DNA of 64,000 nt. Origin: a bacterium (GTDB lineage: Bacteria > Patescibacteriota > Minisyncoccia > Phycocordibacterales > Phycocordibacteraceae). Both the position numbers and the translations under genes were made by a program. Positions within the stretch are counted from its first letter, which is position 1. Each line of letters opens with the position of its first letter. A model generated the notes under the pieces. It worked only from the letters and a program-made list of their open reading frames with translations. It had not been told where the DNA came from and made no database searches. Positions 14,587 through 30,981 of this stretch are shown piece after piece. The stretch is from positions 2,390 through 66,389 of the forward strand of contig JAJYCP010000001.1 in assembly GCA_021778295.1 (NCBI GenBank), written 5' to 3'.

Positions 14587-16794
14587 ATGCTCAAGCGGCT
14601 GGAAATCGTCGGTTTCAAATCCTTCGCCAAGAAAACCATCTTGGACTTTTCGAGCGTGACCACGGCGATCGTAGGACCGAATGGTTCCGGGAAGAGCAAT
14701 GTCGCCGAGGCGTTTCGCTTCGCGCTCGGCGAACAGTCGATGAAAAGCATGCGTGGCAAACGCACCGAAGATCTCATTTGGGGCGGCTCTCACTCGATGC
14801 CCCGCCTGATGCGCGCGTCGGTCGCCATCGTGTTTGACAACTCTCGCCGCATTTTCAAGATTGATTTCGATGAAGTGGTTATAGAACGCGCGGCTTTCCG
14901 CGATGGCACGAGCGAATACTCCATCAACGGTTCGCGCGTGCGCCTGCGCGATATCGAGGAACTTTTGGCCGGCGCAAACATCGGCGAGACAAGCCACCAC
15001 ATCATCTCCCAAGGCGAGGCGGACCGGATACTGCTCGCCTCGCCGCGCGACCGACGCGCGATGCTCGAGGACGCGCTCGGTCTACGAGTATATGAATTCA
15101 AAAAGCAGGAAGCAGAGAAGAAACTCCTGAAAACCGAAGATAATATCGCTCAGGTGAATTCGCTCCGACGAGAGCTTGCGCCGCACCTGCGTTTCCTCGA
15201 AAGCCAGGTAAAGAAACTTGAGCGCGCGCAGGCGCTCCGGGACACCCTTACGAGCGCGTGCCAGACGTACTTTGCGATCGAGGACGCTTTCCTTGAGCAA
15301 GAAAGGCGCGCTATCGCCGAGGAAAAGAAGAATGCGATTGATCGGCTGGCAGCCGCGACCGAAGAACTCTCCCGTATCGAGGAGCGCGCGACAAACGACG
15401 CCGAAGGTACGAAGCGTCTCGGGGCGGTACGCAGGGCAGAGGCGCTCGTTGAGCGTCTTCTGGGAGAGCGCAGCGTTCTCTCGCGTGAGATCGGACGCGT
15501 CGAAGGATCGCTCGCCGCTGCAAAACAGCGCAGCGTCAAAGTCGTGAATGATCCGTACGCAAAAGTTCCGCGTGAAGCCCTCAGCGCGCTCGCGGAAGAG
15601 ACGGAAAAGCAAGCGGCACACGCAGACACCCTCGAAGCCGCTCGCGCCGCACTACGCGCGCTTCACGGAGCTGTGCGCGCGTTCGTCGATCGTTTCATCG
15701 CGCCGGCCGACGATCTGCTCGCAGAAGAAGAGCATGCCGCATACGCGCTCGAGAACGAGCGTACCGAACTCCTCGGCAAAGATACCGTGCTCGCCGAGGA
15801 ACTTGAACGGGCGAAATCGGCGCTCGCGCGAGCGCGCGAAGATCTGACCGCGCACGACGAAACCGGCAAAGAATTGCATCGCCGTATCCTTGATCTCGCG
15901 CAAGCAAAAGCGCATGAGGAAAGCATGGTCGCAAAAAGCGAGGCGCGCGAACGCGCGCTCGGTTTCTTCACCGAAGAGCTCGAGCGCGATAAAGCGGAAG
16001 CGCTTGCGCTTGTCGGCGCCGCCGTACTCTCGTACGAGCCTCTGCCCGTGCTTCCCGCCGAAGAGCGGCGCGTGCAAGAAGAACGCAAACGCTCTCTCGA
16101 GCGCATAAAAATTCGCCTTGAGGAAGCGGGAGGTGCCGGCGAGGACATTCGACGGGAACACAAAGAAGTCTCGGAGCGCGAAGCATTCCTCGCGCGCGAG
16201 CTCGACGATCTCGCCGCGTCAGCTGCGGGCCTGCGCGCGCTCATTGTCGATCTTGAAACAGAACTTGCGAAACATTTCACCCTCGGGCTCACTCAGGTCA
16301 ACGCTTCGCTTAGCGAATACTTCGCGCTTATGTTCGGCGGCGGCAGCGCGCGTCTTGCGCTTGAAGAACCCGATGTAGAAGCCGAAGGTGAAGATCCCGA
16401 GGAGTCTCTCGATGAGGGAATGCCGAAGGAAAAAGAGAGACCCGGCATAGAAATCGTTGTCAATCTGCCGAAGAAGAAAGTACGCTCCCTCATGCAGCTG
16501 TCAGGCGGAGAGCGCGCGCTCACGAGCATCGCTCTCATTTTCGCTATGAGCCAAGTGAATCCGCCGCCGTTTTTGATACTGGACGAAACCGATGCGGCTC
16601 TTGACGAAGCAAATAGCCGGCGTTACGGCGACATGATTGAAAACCTCGCGCAGAAATCGCAGCTCATCGTCATTACGCACAACCGCGAGACCATGAGCCG
16701 CGCGGGCATCCTCTATGGTGTCACCATGGGCGGCGACGGCGTATCGAAGCTCCTCTCGGTCAAGTTCGACGAGGCGGTCGCCGTGGCGAAGTGA
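14587..16794 (+). CDS. smc: SMC-like chromosome segregation ATPase, short (735 aa), no recognisable hinge
   Basis: Walker A GPNGSGKSN, signature LSGGERALTSIALIFA, Walker B FLILDETDAALD. The middle ~500 aa is continuous Ala/Glu/Arg/Leu-rich coiled coil. The position directly after rnc matches the conserved rnc-smc synteny. Confidence 0.8.
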   Translation: MLKRLEIVGFKSFAKKTILDFSSVTTAIVGPNGSGKSNVAEAFRFALGEQSMKSMRGKRTEDLIWGGSHSMPRLMRASVAIVFDNSRRIFKIDFDEVVIERAAFRDGTSEYSINGSRVRLRDIEELLAGANIGETSHHIISQGEADRILLASPRDRRAMLEDALGLRVYEFKKQEAEKKLLKTEDNIAQVNSLRRELAPHLRFLESQVKKLERAQALRDTLTSACQTYFAIEDAFLEQERRAIAEEKKNAIDRLAAATEELSRIEERATNDAEGTKRLGAVRRAEALVERLLGERSVLSREIGRVEGSLAAAKQRSVKVVNDPYAKVPREALSALAEETEKQAAHADTLEAARAALRALHGAVRAFVDRFIAPADDLLAEEEHAAYALENERTELLGKDTVLAEELERAKSALARAREDLTAHDETGKELHRRILDLAQAKAHEESMVAKSEARERALGFFTEELERDKAEALALVGAAVLSYEPLPVLPAEERRVQEERKRSLERIKIRLEEAGGAGEDIRREHKEVSEREAFLARELDDLAASAAGLRALIVDLETELAKHFTLGLTQVNASLSEYFALMFGGGSARLALEEPDVEAEGEDPEESLDEGMPKEKERPGIEIVVNLPKKKVRSLMQLSGGERALTSIALIFAMSQVNPPPFLILDETDAALDEANSRRYGDMIENLAQKSQLIVITHNRETMSRAGILYGVTMGGDGVSKLLSVKFDEAVAVAK

Positions 16795-16811
16795 ACGAGG
16801 CCGATGTTTTA

Positions 16812-16830
16812 TTAAATGTTTAACATTTAA
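16812..16830. repeat. AT-only palindrome TTAAATGTT-t-AACATTTAA (copy 1 of 3), nested in CCGAT...ATCGG
   Basis: Lies between convergent smc and rnr. The same 19-nt core occurs at 34032-34050 and 34117-34135. Confidence 0.9.
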
Positions 16831-16848
16831 AATCGGGCCCTTTCATAC

Positions 16849-18798
16849 CTAGACGACTGGCACGAAATCGAGCTCTTTTTCGGCGACGCGAGCGGCGGAA
16901 AGCCGGACTCGAATGGGGTCACCGAGCTGATATGCTTTTTTGGTGCGGCGGCCGAGGAGCCGGTAGTGCTTCTCGTCGTATTCGAAATAATCATCACCGA
17001 CGTCATGGATGCGGATCATGCCGTCGGCGTGCGTCGTCTGCTCCTCGACATAGAGGCCGCGTTCGGTAACCCCTGAAATCACAGCATCGAACTCCTCGCC
17101 GATGCGCCCCGCGAGGAACTCCACCTGCTTCATCTTGATCGAGTCGCGCTCGGCGTCGGATGCCGCGACTTCGCGCTCGGAAGCATGGAGCGCGAGCGAA
17201 TCGAATTCCCGCATCTCTGCGGCGGTTATAGGCGCGCCGCCCGCATGTGCTTTTATAAGCCGGTGAATGACGAGGTCGGGATAGCGGCGGATAGGGGAGG
17301 TGAAATGCGTGTAATACTCAAACGCGAGTCCGAAATGGCCGATGTTGCGCGTCGCATACACGGCTTTGCTCATCGAGCGCAGTGTCGCCGTTTTTACGAG
17401 ATACTCTTCGGGCTTCCCCTTTACTGCCTCAAGAAGCTTATTCAACTCCGCGCCCGTCACGTTGCCGCCCGTTATCTTCAGGTGATACCCCATGACGCGC
17501 AGAAGATTCGCGAGATTCTCGATGCGATCGGCATCCGGCGCATCGTGAATGCGGTAGAGCGAAGAGAAATTCGATCCGCCATTTCTTGTAAGCGTGGCGA
17601 GATGTTTTGCGACCGCCTCGTTCGCAAGCAGCATGAAGTCCTCGATAAGGAGATTCGTCGCTTTGCGCTCCTTGAGCACCACCGCAATCGGCGCGCCCTG
17701 CTCATCGAGCTTCACTTTTACTTCCGGCGTGTCAAACTCGATGGCGCCTTTTGCCTGGCGCCGCGCGCGGATCTTTTTCGAAAGATTCAAGAGGAGAGAA
17801 AGTTCGCCGTGCATCGTGCCACTGCCCGCGTCAAGCACTTCCTGCGCATTCTCGTAGGTGAACCTTTTGTTTGAGTGAATGACCGTTTCGCCGAACCATT
17901 CGGCGACGATATTCGCCTCGGCGTCGAGCGTGAACACGGCGGAAACCGCGAGGCGATCCTGATCGGGATTGAGCGAGCAGAGATCATTTGAGAGAATTTC
18001 CGGGAGCATCGGGATGGTCCGGTCGACGAGGTACACGCTTGTCGCGCGTCCGCGCGCTTCAGTATCGAGCGCGCTTCCGGGCCGTACAAAAAAAGAAACA
18101 TCGGCGATATGCACGCCGACCTCGATATTTCCGCCGTCGAGCTTGCGTACCGAGAGCGCGTCGTCAAAATCTTTCGCATCGGCGGGGTCGATGGTGCACG
18201 TCGGCGCGTTGCGGAAATCGCGGCGCGCGCCCTCGCGCTCCGCCTCCTCCGCGAGCATTGCTCTCCCGTGCTCTTTGAGATATGCGGCGTCCTTCTCGAC
18301 GCCGGGAGGGAAGTCACTCGAGAATCCCTGGCCCAATGCGAGCGCCCGCATCTCAGTCTCGTGCACGCCCGCTTTACCGATAACCTCTTCGACGACACCC
18401 CAGGGATACGGCGTGTTCGCCTCCCAACCTTTCATGCGCACCAGCACTTTGTACCCGAGCTGCGCGCCTTTCACGTCCCGCACCTCGATCGGCACATGCA
18501 TTTTTTTGTAGTCGCTCGTGAGGAATGTTTTCCCGTTTTCCTCCACCAGAGCGCCGACGAAGGTCTCCCGCGCCCGTGAAATTATTTCAACCACCTTCCC
18601 GGCCTCACGCGCCGGCATCCGGCCCGAAGGATCACGGTACGTGCCCGCAGGCTCTACCTTCACGATGTCGCCCGTAAGCGCATGCCCCGTCCACTGCGGC
18701 GGTATGAGGAGATCCTCGCTGTCTTCGCCGACAGAGAAAAAACCGAAGCCTTTCCGGGTCATCGTTATCGGACCTTCATAGAGATGTGCGTCTGCCAT
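16849..18798 (-). CDS. rnr: Ribonuclease R (RNB-family 3'-5' exoribonuclease with C-terminal S1 domain)
   Basis: RNB motifs (IDPADAKDFDDALSV, HFGLAFEYYTHFTSPIRRYPDLVIHR), N-terminal cold-shock-like OB folds and a C-terminal S1 domain. Confidence 0.9.
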   Translation of the reverse strand: MADAHLYEGPITMTRKGFGFFSVGEDSEDLLIPPQWTGHALTGDIVKVEPAGTYRDPSGRMPAREAGKVVEIISRARETFVGALVEENGKTFLTSDYKKMHVPIEVRDVKGAQLGYKVLVRMKGWEANTPYPWGVVEEVIGKAGVHETEMRALALGQGFSSDFPPGVEKDAAYLKEHGRAMLAEEAEREGARRDFRNAPTCTIDPADAKDFDDALSVRKLDGGNIEVGVHIADVSFFVRPGSALDTEARGRATSVYLVDRTIPMLPEILSNDLCSLNPDQDRLAVSAVFTLDAEANIVAEWFGETVIHSNKRFTYENAQEVLDAGSGTMHGELSLLLNLSKKIRARRQAKGAIEFDTPEVKVKLDEQGAPIAVVLKERKATNLLIEDFMLLANEAVAKHLATLTRNGGSNFSSLYRIHDAPDADRIENLANLLRVMGYHLKITGGNVTGAELNKLLEAVKGKPEEYLVKTATLRSMSKAVYATRNIGHFGLAFEYYTHFTSPIRRYPDLVIHRLIKAHAGGAPITAAEMREFDSLALHASEREVAASDAERDSIKMKQVEFLAGRIGEEFDAVISGVTERGLYVEEQTTHADGMIRIHDVGDDYFEYDEKHYRLLGRRTKKAYQLGDPIRVRLSAARVAEKELDFVPVV

Positions 18799-18829
18799 TT
18801 GAGCTACTCTAGCAATATACTCCGGCTTC

Positions 18830-18838
18830 TGCTATAGT
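18830..18838 (+). promoter_or_regulatory. Extended -10 TGcTATAGT, 7 nt upstream of the rpsP ATG (leaderless-type)
   Basis: TGCTATAGT-cgtcctc-ATG. The mirror case is TGCTAGAGT on the minus strand (18814-18806), 7 nt before the rnr ATG (18798). Confidence 0.5.
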
Positions 18839-18845
18839 CGTCCTC

Positions 18846-19286
18846 ATGTTGATGATTCGATTCCAGCGCATCGGCCGGAGCAATGCCCCGGCATTTCGCA
18901 TTGTACTTTTGGAGAAGGCGCGAGCCGCCAAAGCCGGCGGCATCACCGAATTGCTCGGCACCTACAATCCGAAGAGCAAGGCGCTTACCCTTGATGAGGC
19001 GCGCGTGAAAGAGTGGATTGCCAAAGGCGCTCAGCCGACCGGTTCCATGCATAACCTTCTTGTCAGCAAGGGCATTATCGAAGGAAAGAAGATAAACGTG
19101 CTCCCGAAGAAGACTTCGCAAAAGAAAGAGGATGCCCCTGCCGCGCCCGCGAGCGCATCCGCAGCGGAAGCGATATCCGCACCGACCGAAGCCGAGATTG
19201 CCGCAGAAACTGTTGCGGCTGCGGAGGAATCATCGGCCGAAGTCACGGCAGCCGAAGGGGCCCCGGAGGAAACACCCGCGGCGTAA
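18846..19286 (+). CDS. rpsP: 30S ribosomal protein S16 with an Ala/Glu-rich C-terminal extension
   Basis: MLMIRFQRIGRSNAPAFRIVLLEK...LGTYNP...WIAKGAQPT. Confidence 0.9.
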   Translation: MLMIRFQRIGRSNAPAFRIVLLEKARAAKAGGITELLGTYNPKSKALTLDEARVKEWIAKGAQPTGSMHNLLVSKGIIEGKKINVLPKKTSQKKEDAPAAPASASAAEAISAPTEAEIAAETVAAAEESSAEVTAAEGAPEETPAA

Positions 19287-19323
19287 TACGCGCGCCACGG
19301 GCGCGCGATGCTACCATACCTTT

Positions 19324-19647
19324 ATGGAACCAGATCAAGCATTTCTCGAATACGCAGTGAAAGCGCTCGTCGCTCACCCTGAGTCGGTTGAGACTACGCG
19401 TACCATCGACCAAATGGGCGTACTGCTCACACTCACGGTGCATCCGGAAGATATGGGAAAAATTATCGGCAAGAGCGGTAAGACCGCCGAGGCGCTCCGC
19501 ATCCTGCTGCGTGTTATCGGGATGAAGGGAAATGCGCGCGTGAACCTTAAGATAAATGAGCCGGTCGGCGGTAAGCACGCGCCGGAGGGCGTAAGCGAAC
19601 CTGCGGCAAAGACCGTTGACGAGGTCATTGACGAACTGGGTACCTAG
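19324..19647 (+). CDS. KH-domain RNA-binding protein (YlqC/UPF0109-like)
   Basis: GKIIGKSGKTAEALRILL KH GxxG motif, in the usual position after rpsP. Confidence 0.8.
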   Translation: MEPDQAFLEYAVKALVAHPESVETTRTIDQMGVLLTLTVHPEDMGKIIGKSGKTAEALRILLRVIGMKGNARVNLKINEPVGGKHAPEGVSEPAAKTVDEVIDELGT

Positions 19648-19718
19648 GCGAGGGGTGAGGTGATTTTTGAGTACGCCGTATTTTTCTGCTGAAAATCACC
19701 TCACCTCACCTCTCGCCT
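19646..19718. repeat. Long imperfect inverted repeat / hairpin between the KH gene and trmD
   Basis: AGGCGAGGGGTGAGGTGATTTT ... AAAATCACCTCACC(tcacc)TCTCGCCT. It has 14 perfect bp plus 7-8 more, and a ~24-nt loop. Confidence 0.85.
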
Positions 19719-19726
19719 TCACATCA

Positions 19727-20386
19727 ATGTTGCGATTTCATCTCATTACCCTTTTTTCTGACGCATGCGACACGTACCTGTCGGCGTCCATCATCGGCCG
19801 TGCGCGCACAGAGAAGAAGATTTCAATAACGTATCAAAACCCGCGCGACTTCGTCGACAACAAATGGGGGAAAGTTGACGAGCGCCCCTATGGCGGCGGT
19901 CCGGGGATGGTGATGACGGCGCTTCCGATTGTGAGAGCAGTTGAGAAGTCTCTTAAGACGCGCGCCGCCGCGAAGCGGCGGCGCGTGATCATCTGGTTTT
20001 CTCCAAGCGGGAAGCAGTTTACAAACAAAGATGCCGATGCCCTCGCAAAATACCAAGATGTCATCTTGGTATGCGGACGGTATGAGGGCATAGATGAACG
20101 GGCAAAAAAAATTCTCAAAACGCTCGCGCCTCTGAAAGAGTTCGCGGTCGGAGAAGCAGTCTATACCGGCGCTGAAGTACCGGCGCTTGCGATCGTTGAT
20201 GCGGTTACGCGCCGGCTGCCGGGTGTGCTCGGTAAAGACACATCGGTGGAGGAGCGTCGCATCGCCTCTCGCGCGGTTTACACCCGCCCAGAAACCATTT
20301 CATATAAGGGGAAGAACTACCGTGTTCCCAAAGTCCTCCAGACCGGCCACCATGCGAACATCGACGCCTGGCGCACGCGTCGCTGA
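19727..20386 (+). CDS. trmD: tRNA (guanine37-N1)-methyltransferase
   Basis: ITLFSDACDTYLSASIIGRA, YGGGPGMVM and CGRYEGIDER motifs. Confidence 0.9.
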   Translation: MLRFHLITLFSDACDTYLSASIIGRARTEKKISITYQNPRDFVDNKWGKVDERPYGGGPGMVMTALPIVRAVEKSLKTRAAAKRRRVIIWFSPSGKQFTNKDADALAKYQDVILVCGRYEGIDERAKKILKTLAPLKEFAVGEAVYTGAEVPALAIVDAVTRRLPGVLGKDTSVEERRIASRAVYTRPETISYKGKNYRVPKVLQTGHHANIDAWRTRR

Positions 20387-20623
20387 TATTTATCCCCAGA
20401 GCCTCTTGCTATAAAAGAGGCGGCCTGATACAGTAGTGTCATCAGATACGAGTGAGTAACGGAGGGCGTGGAGCATAAAGATTAATACGGGAACTGAAAG
20501 AACGCATAGCGACAGCGGATTCGTGTCCGCGCGTTTGCATTTACTACGGACACAAGCAAAAAGGGGTTGCCACTATATTTTTCCAAGGGATAAAGTTTAC
20601 TTATTACTTCACGCCACGCTCAC

Positions 20624-23800
<3,177 letters not shown>

Positions 23801-23824
23801 CTTTATTAATTTTCCCGAACCCCT

Positions 23825-27541
<3,717 letters not shown>

Positions 27542-27543
27542 CC

Positions 27544-29232
27544 ATGGCACAAGATACGGTCGCTTTGATAAAGGACCGTCTCTCCATTGTCGAGATCGTG
27601 AGTCCGTACGTGAAGCTCACGCGCGCAGGAAAATCACTGCGGGGGCTCTGCCCCTTCCACAAAGAAAAAACGCCTTCTTTCCACGTGAGTCCCGAACGCG
27701 GCACATTTCACTGTTTCGGCTGCGGCGAGGGGGGCGACGGATTTTCGTTCATTGAAAAAGTCGAGAATGTGGACTTCAAGGACGCGCTGAAAATCCTCGC
27801 CGAGAAAGCAGGCGTCGCCGTCGAATATTCGGGAGGAAGAAACCGTGAAGACGCGTCAAAGAGAGAACGCCTGTACGCGCTCATGAGCCGCGCAAGCGCA
27901 TGGTACGCGGGCAAGCTTGCCGGGAGCCCCGCCGAAGCGTATGCGAAGAAGCGTGGTCTCAAGGACGAAACAATTCGCGCATGGCAACTCGGTTACGCGC
28001 CTGACGCGTGGCGCGCCCTGCTCGAAGCGCTGACCGGCGAAGGATTCACGATACAGGAGCTACACGAAGCGGGACTGATAAAAGAGGCGGACGGGAAGCA
28101 GGGCACATACTACGACCGGTTCCGCAAACGGCTTCTGTTCCCGATATGTGATGCTTCGGGTCGTGTCGTCGCGTTTACGGGGCGCGCTCTTGCGGCGGAC
28201 GAGCTCGCGAAGTATCTCAACTCGCCGGAGACCGAGCTTTACCGAAAGTCCGAAATTCTTTTCGGTATGAGCGTCGCAAAGGAGGCAATACGAGCCCGTG
28301 GATTCACCATGCTCGTCGAGGGACAAATAGACGTCCTGCATGCGCATCAGGCGGGATTTACCAATGCAGTCGCGCTTTCAGGCACCGCGCTTTCCGAACG
28401 TCATCTCAGCGTGATGAAGCGTTACAGCGAAAATCTCATGCTCGTGCTCGATGCCGATCCAGCCGGACTCAAGGCGACCGCGCGCGCGGCGGCCCTTGCG
28501 CTTTCCTCGCTCATGCGGGTAAAGGCGGCCCGACTTCCCGCAGGGAAAGATCCGGCCGATCTCATCGGTGAAGACCCGAGCGAATTCACCAAGCGCATCA
28601 CCGAAGCGAAACCGATCGTCGAATTCTTCCTCGCGGAATTGGCCGAACAAGAACGCGACCCTCATCGGCTTGTGCGCCGCGCCGAGGAAATAGTGCTTCC
28701 ACTGCTCTCTGCGCTGCCGAGCCCCATGGAACGGGAACATTTCATCCAAATTGCCGCGCGTTCGCTCGGACTGTCGGATGAAGCCGTCCGAGAGTCGCTT
28801 CGGCGCATCGCGCGACAGCCGGAAGCGCACAAGAGCGTTCAGAAAACTCAGGTATCGAGCGCGTCTGCGCGCGCGCCGAGCGCCATCCGCTCGGAACAGC
28901 TTCTTGCCGTTGTTCACTCATACCCCGGCTCGCCGCTTGCGGAGCGCGTCAAATCAGAGTATCTTCGAATTACTGAAGCTCACGCGCTACCGCTTGAAAC
29001 CCCTCCGGAATCTGCTCTGTTTGAGGCGGAGCGGAGGTTCGGCGAGGGTCCGGAAGAGAATGCCGCGGATGAGCTTCTCCACGCTTTTGAAGAAGCGGTG
29101 ATCCGCGAAGCGTATCAGGAAGCGGTAGCGCGGTTACGCAGAGCCGAAGCCGCCCGCGATATTGCTCTCGTCGAAGATGCACAGGCAGCGTGCGCAAGGC
29201 TCTCCGTACGCCTCGCCGCTTTGGGGCACTGA
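27544..29232 (+). CDS. dnaG: DNA primase
   Basis: Zinc ribbon CPFHKEKTPSFHVSPERGTFHCFGCGEGGD and TOPRIM (VEGQIDVL ... LVLDADPAG). Confidence 0.93.
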   Translation: MAQDTVALIKDRLSIVEIVSPYVKLTRAGKSLRGLCPFHKEKTPSFHVSPERGTFHCFGCGEGGDGFSFIEKVENVDFKDALKILAEKAGVAVEYSGGRNREDASKRERLYALMSRASAWYAGKLAGSPAEAYAKKRGLKDETIRAWQLGYAPDAWRALLEALTGEGFTIQELHEAGLIKEADGKQGTYYDRFRKRLLFPICDASGRVVAFTGRALAADELAKYLNSPETELYRKSEILFGMSVAKEAIRARGFTMLVEGQIDVLHAHQAGFTNAVALSGTALSERHLSVMKRYSENLMLVLDADPAGLKATARAAALALSSLMRVKAARLPAGKDPADLIGEDPSEFTKRITEAKPIVEFFLAELAEQERDPHRLVRRAEEIVLPLLSALPSPMEREHFIQIAARSLGLSDEAVRESLRRIARQPEAHKSVQKTQVSSASARAPSAIRSEQLLAVVHSYPGSPLAERVKSEYLRITEAHALPLETPPESALFEAERRFGEGPEENAADELLHAFEEAVIREAYQEAVARLRRAEAARDIALVEDAQAACARLSVRLAALGH

Positions 29233-29268
29233 CGCATTTATTTTACTTCCCACTTTCATTTCCACAAT

Positions 29269-30513
29269 ATGGCGACTTCCACAAAAAAGAAAAAGAACAC
29301 TCGTAAAACCGTAAAGAAATCGGCGGTGCGGCGCGTGCCTGCGAAGAAGAAAGCTTCGAAATCCGTTCACGGCGCTGCGCGTGCCGCGCGCGTACGAACA
29401 AAACACGTCCTCCGTGCCGCTTCACAGGGCGCGAAAGCAAAAGCGGTCTCTCAGAAAGCGCTTTCGGCGGAGCAGCTCATCGAGAAAGGAAAAGAACGCG
29501 GATACGTCACGTACAGCGAGATTCTGAAATCTTTTCCGCACGTGGAAGATGATGTGAGTTTCCTCGAGTCGCTCTATGAACGTTTTTCCATCGCGGGCGT
29601 CGACGTGCTCGAGGGCGGCATGCTTGAAGACGCTGCCGACGAGTATCTTGCGACGCGCAACATCAAGGACCGCCATTCCGCAGGTTACGATTCCATACAG
29701 ATTTACCTTCGAGAGATCGGACAGTATCCGCTTCTTATCGCCGCCGAGGAGCGCGAGCTCGCGAAGCGCATCGAAAAGGGCGATGCCGAGGCGCGTAACA
29801 TCCTCGCGCGGAGCAACTTGCGTCTCGTCGTTTCCATCGCGAAAAAGTACGTCGGCCGCAGCCCCGATCTCACACTTCTTGACCTCATTCAAGAAGGAAA
29901 CCTCGGTCTGTTCCGCGCAGTGGACAAGTTTGATTGGAAAAAAGGATACAAGTTCTCGACCTATGCGACCTGGTGGATCCGTCAGGCGATTACGCGCGCG
30001 CTCGCCGATCAATCGCGCACCATCCGCATCCCCGTCCACATGGTCGAGACCATCGCTAAATACAAGCAAGTTTCGCGCCGTCTCGCGCAAGTGCTGGGCC
30101 GTGATCCGCAGGCGGAAGAGATAGCGGTGGAAATGGGCGTCGAACCGGATAAGATTTACCAGATAGAAAAAATCAACCAGGATACGCTTTCTCTGGAGAA
30201 TCCGATCGGTTCGGACGATGATGAAAAATCGACGCTCGGGGATTTCATTCCCGATGACAAAATCCCGTCGCCCGTACAAGAATCTTCCGAGCGCATCTTG
30301 GCGGAACAGATGCGCTCCATACTGAACGATCTCTCGCCGAAGGAACGCAAAATCCTTGAGATGCGCCACGGCCTTATGGACGGCATTTACCACACTCTTG
30401 AGGAAGTGGGGAGGGAATTCGGCGTTACCCGGGAGCGCATCCGTCAGATCGAAGCGAAAGCGCTCGAGAAGATCCGTTTCCACGATAAAGCGCGGCACTT
30501 AAAGTCATATTAA
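29269..30513 (+). CDS. rpoD: Primary sigma-70 factor
   Basis: Region 2 ([16 protein letters not shown]), region 3, and region 4 ([24 protein letters not shown]). Confidence 0.93.
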   Translation: MATSTKKKKNTRKTVKKSAVRRVPAKKKASKSVHGAARAARVRTKHVLRAASQGAKAKAVSQKALSAEQLIEKGKERGYVTYSEILKSFPHVEDDVSFLESLYERFSIAGVDVLEGGMLEDAADEYLATRNIKDRHSAGYDSIQIYLREIGQYPLLIAAEERELAKRIEKGDAEARNILARSNLRLVVSIAKKYVGRSPDLTLLDLIQEGNLGLFRAVDKFDWKKGYKFSTYATWWIRQAITRALADQSRTIRIPVHMVETIAKYKQVSRRLAQVLGRDPQAEEIAVEMGVEPDKIYQIEKINQDTLSLENPIGSDDDEKSTLGDFIPDDKIPSPVQESSERILAEQMRSILNDLSPKERKILEMRHGLMDGIYHTLEEVGREFGVTRERIRQIEAKALEKIRFHDKARHLKSY

Positions 30514-30521
30514 CGCCCGAG

Positions 30522-30563
30522 AAAGAAGAAAATAAGAGCCCCGTCAATTTTGTGAGGGGGCTC
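30522..30563 (-). terminator. Terminator for the 30580..30933 gene (convergent with rpoD)
   Basis: On the minus strand: GAGCCCC-13 nt-GGGGCTC followed by TTATTTTCTTCTTTCTC. Confidence 0.5.
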
Positions 30564-30579
30564 GGGCGGTGAAAGAGTG

Positions 30580-30933
30580 CTATGAACGGAATTTTTTATT
30601 CTCCCGGGCGTCCTGAATGGACTGAGAGAATTTCACATATCCGATGGACACGAAGATCAAAGACGGAATCCAGAATGCATCGGCTTTCACTACGGCGAGG
30701 TACATGAGGACGATCGCCGTCGTAGCCATAAACACGCTGGTGCCGAATGACCGCTCTGTTGAAAGAACAAGCGCTACGGCACACATACTTAACGCCAGAA
30801 ACTCCAGAAATCCGACCATGAGCGTCTCCCTAACAAAGTGCTGCGGTGCTACGAAACCTTCGTAGGAGGAGTCCTCTGAATTCGCCTCAGGGACGCCACT
30901 ATCGTAGCAGAATATAGTATAAATGTCAAGCAT
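30580..30933 (-). CDS. Small membrane protein, hypothetical (true start may be internal)
   Basis: Three hydrophobic helices (LMVGFLEFLALSMCAVALVL, VFMATTAIVLMYLAVV, WIPSLIFVSIGYV). No family recognised. Confidence 0.45.
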   Translation of the reverse strand: MLDIYTIFCYDSGVPEANSEDSSYEGFVAPQHFVRETLMVGFLEFLALSMCAVALVLSTERSFGTSVFMATTAIVLMYLAVVKADAFWIPSLIFVSIGYVKFSQSIQDARENKKFRS

Positions 30934-30981
30934 CCTGCTCGGAAGAATGCGAACTCTGTTTTTGCAGGGTACACTCTTTCC

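Noticed and set aside
20387-20623. A possible ribosomal-protein-type leader or ncRNA in the 237-bp spacer upstream of rpoB (hairpins GCCTCTT..AAGAGGC and GTGTCCG..CGGACAC; possible TTGCCA-18 nt-TAAAGT promoter).
   Set aside because: Only short generic hairpins are present and no motif is recognisable. It cannot be distinguished from an ordinary promoter/terminator spacer without comparative data.
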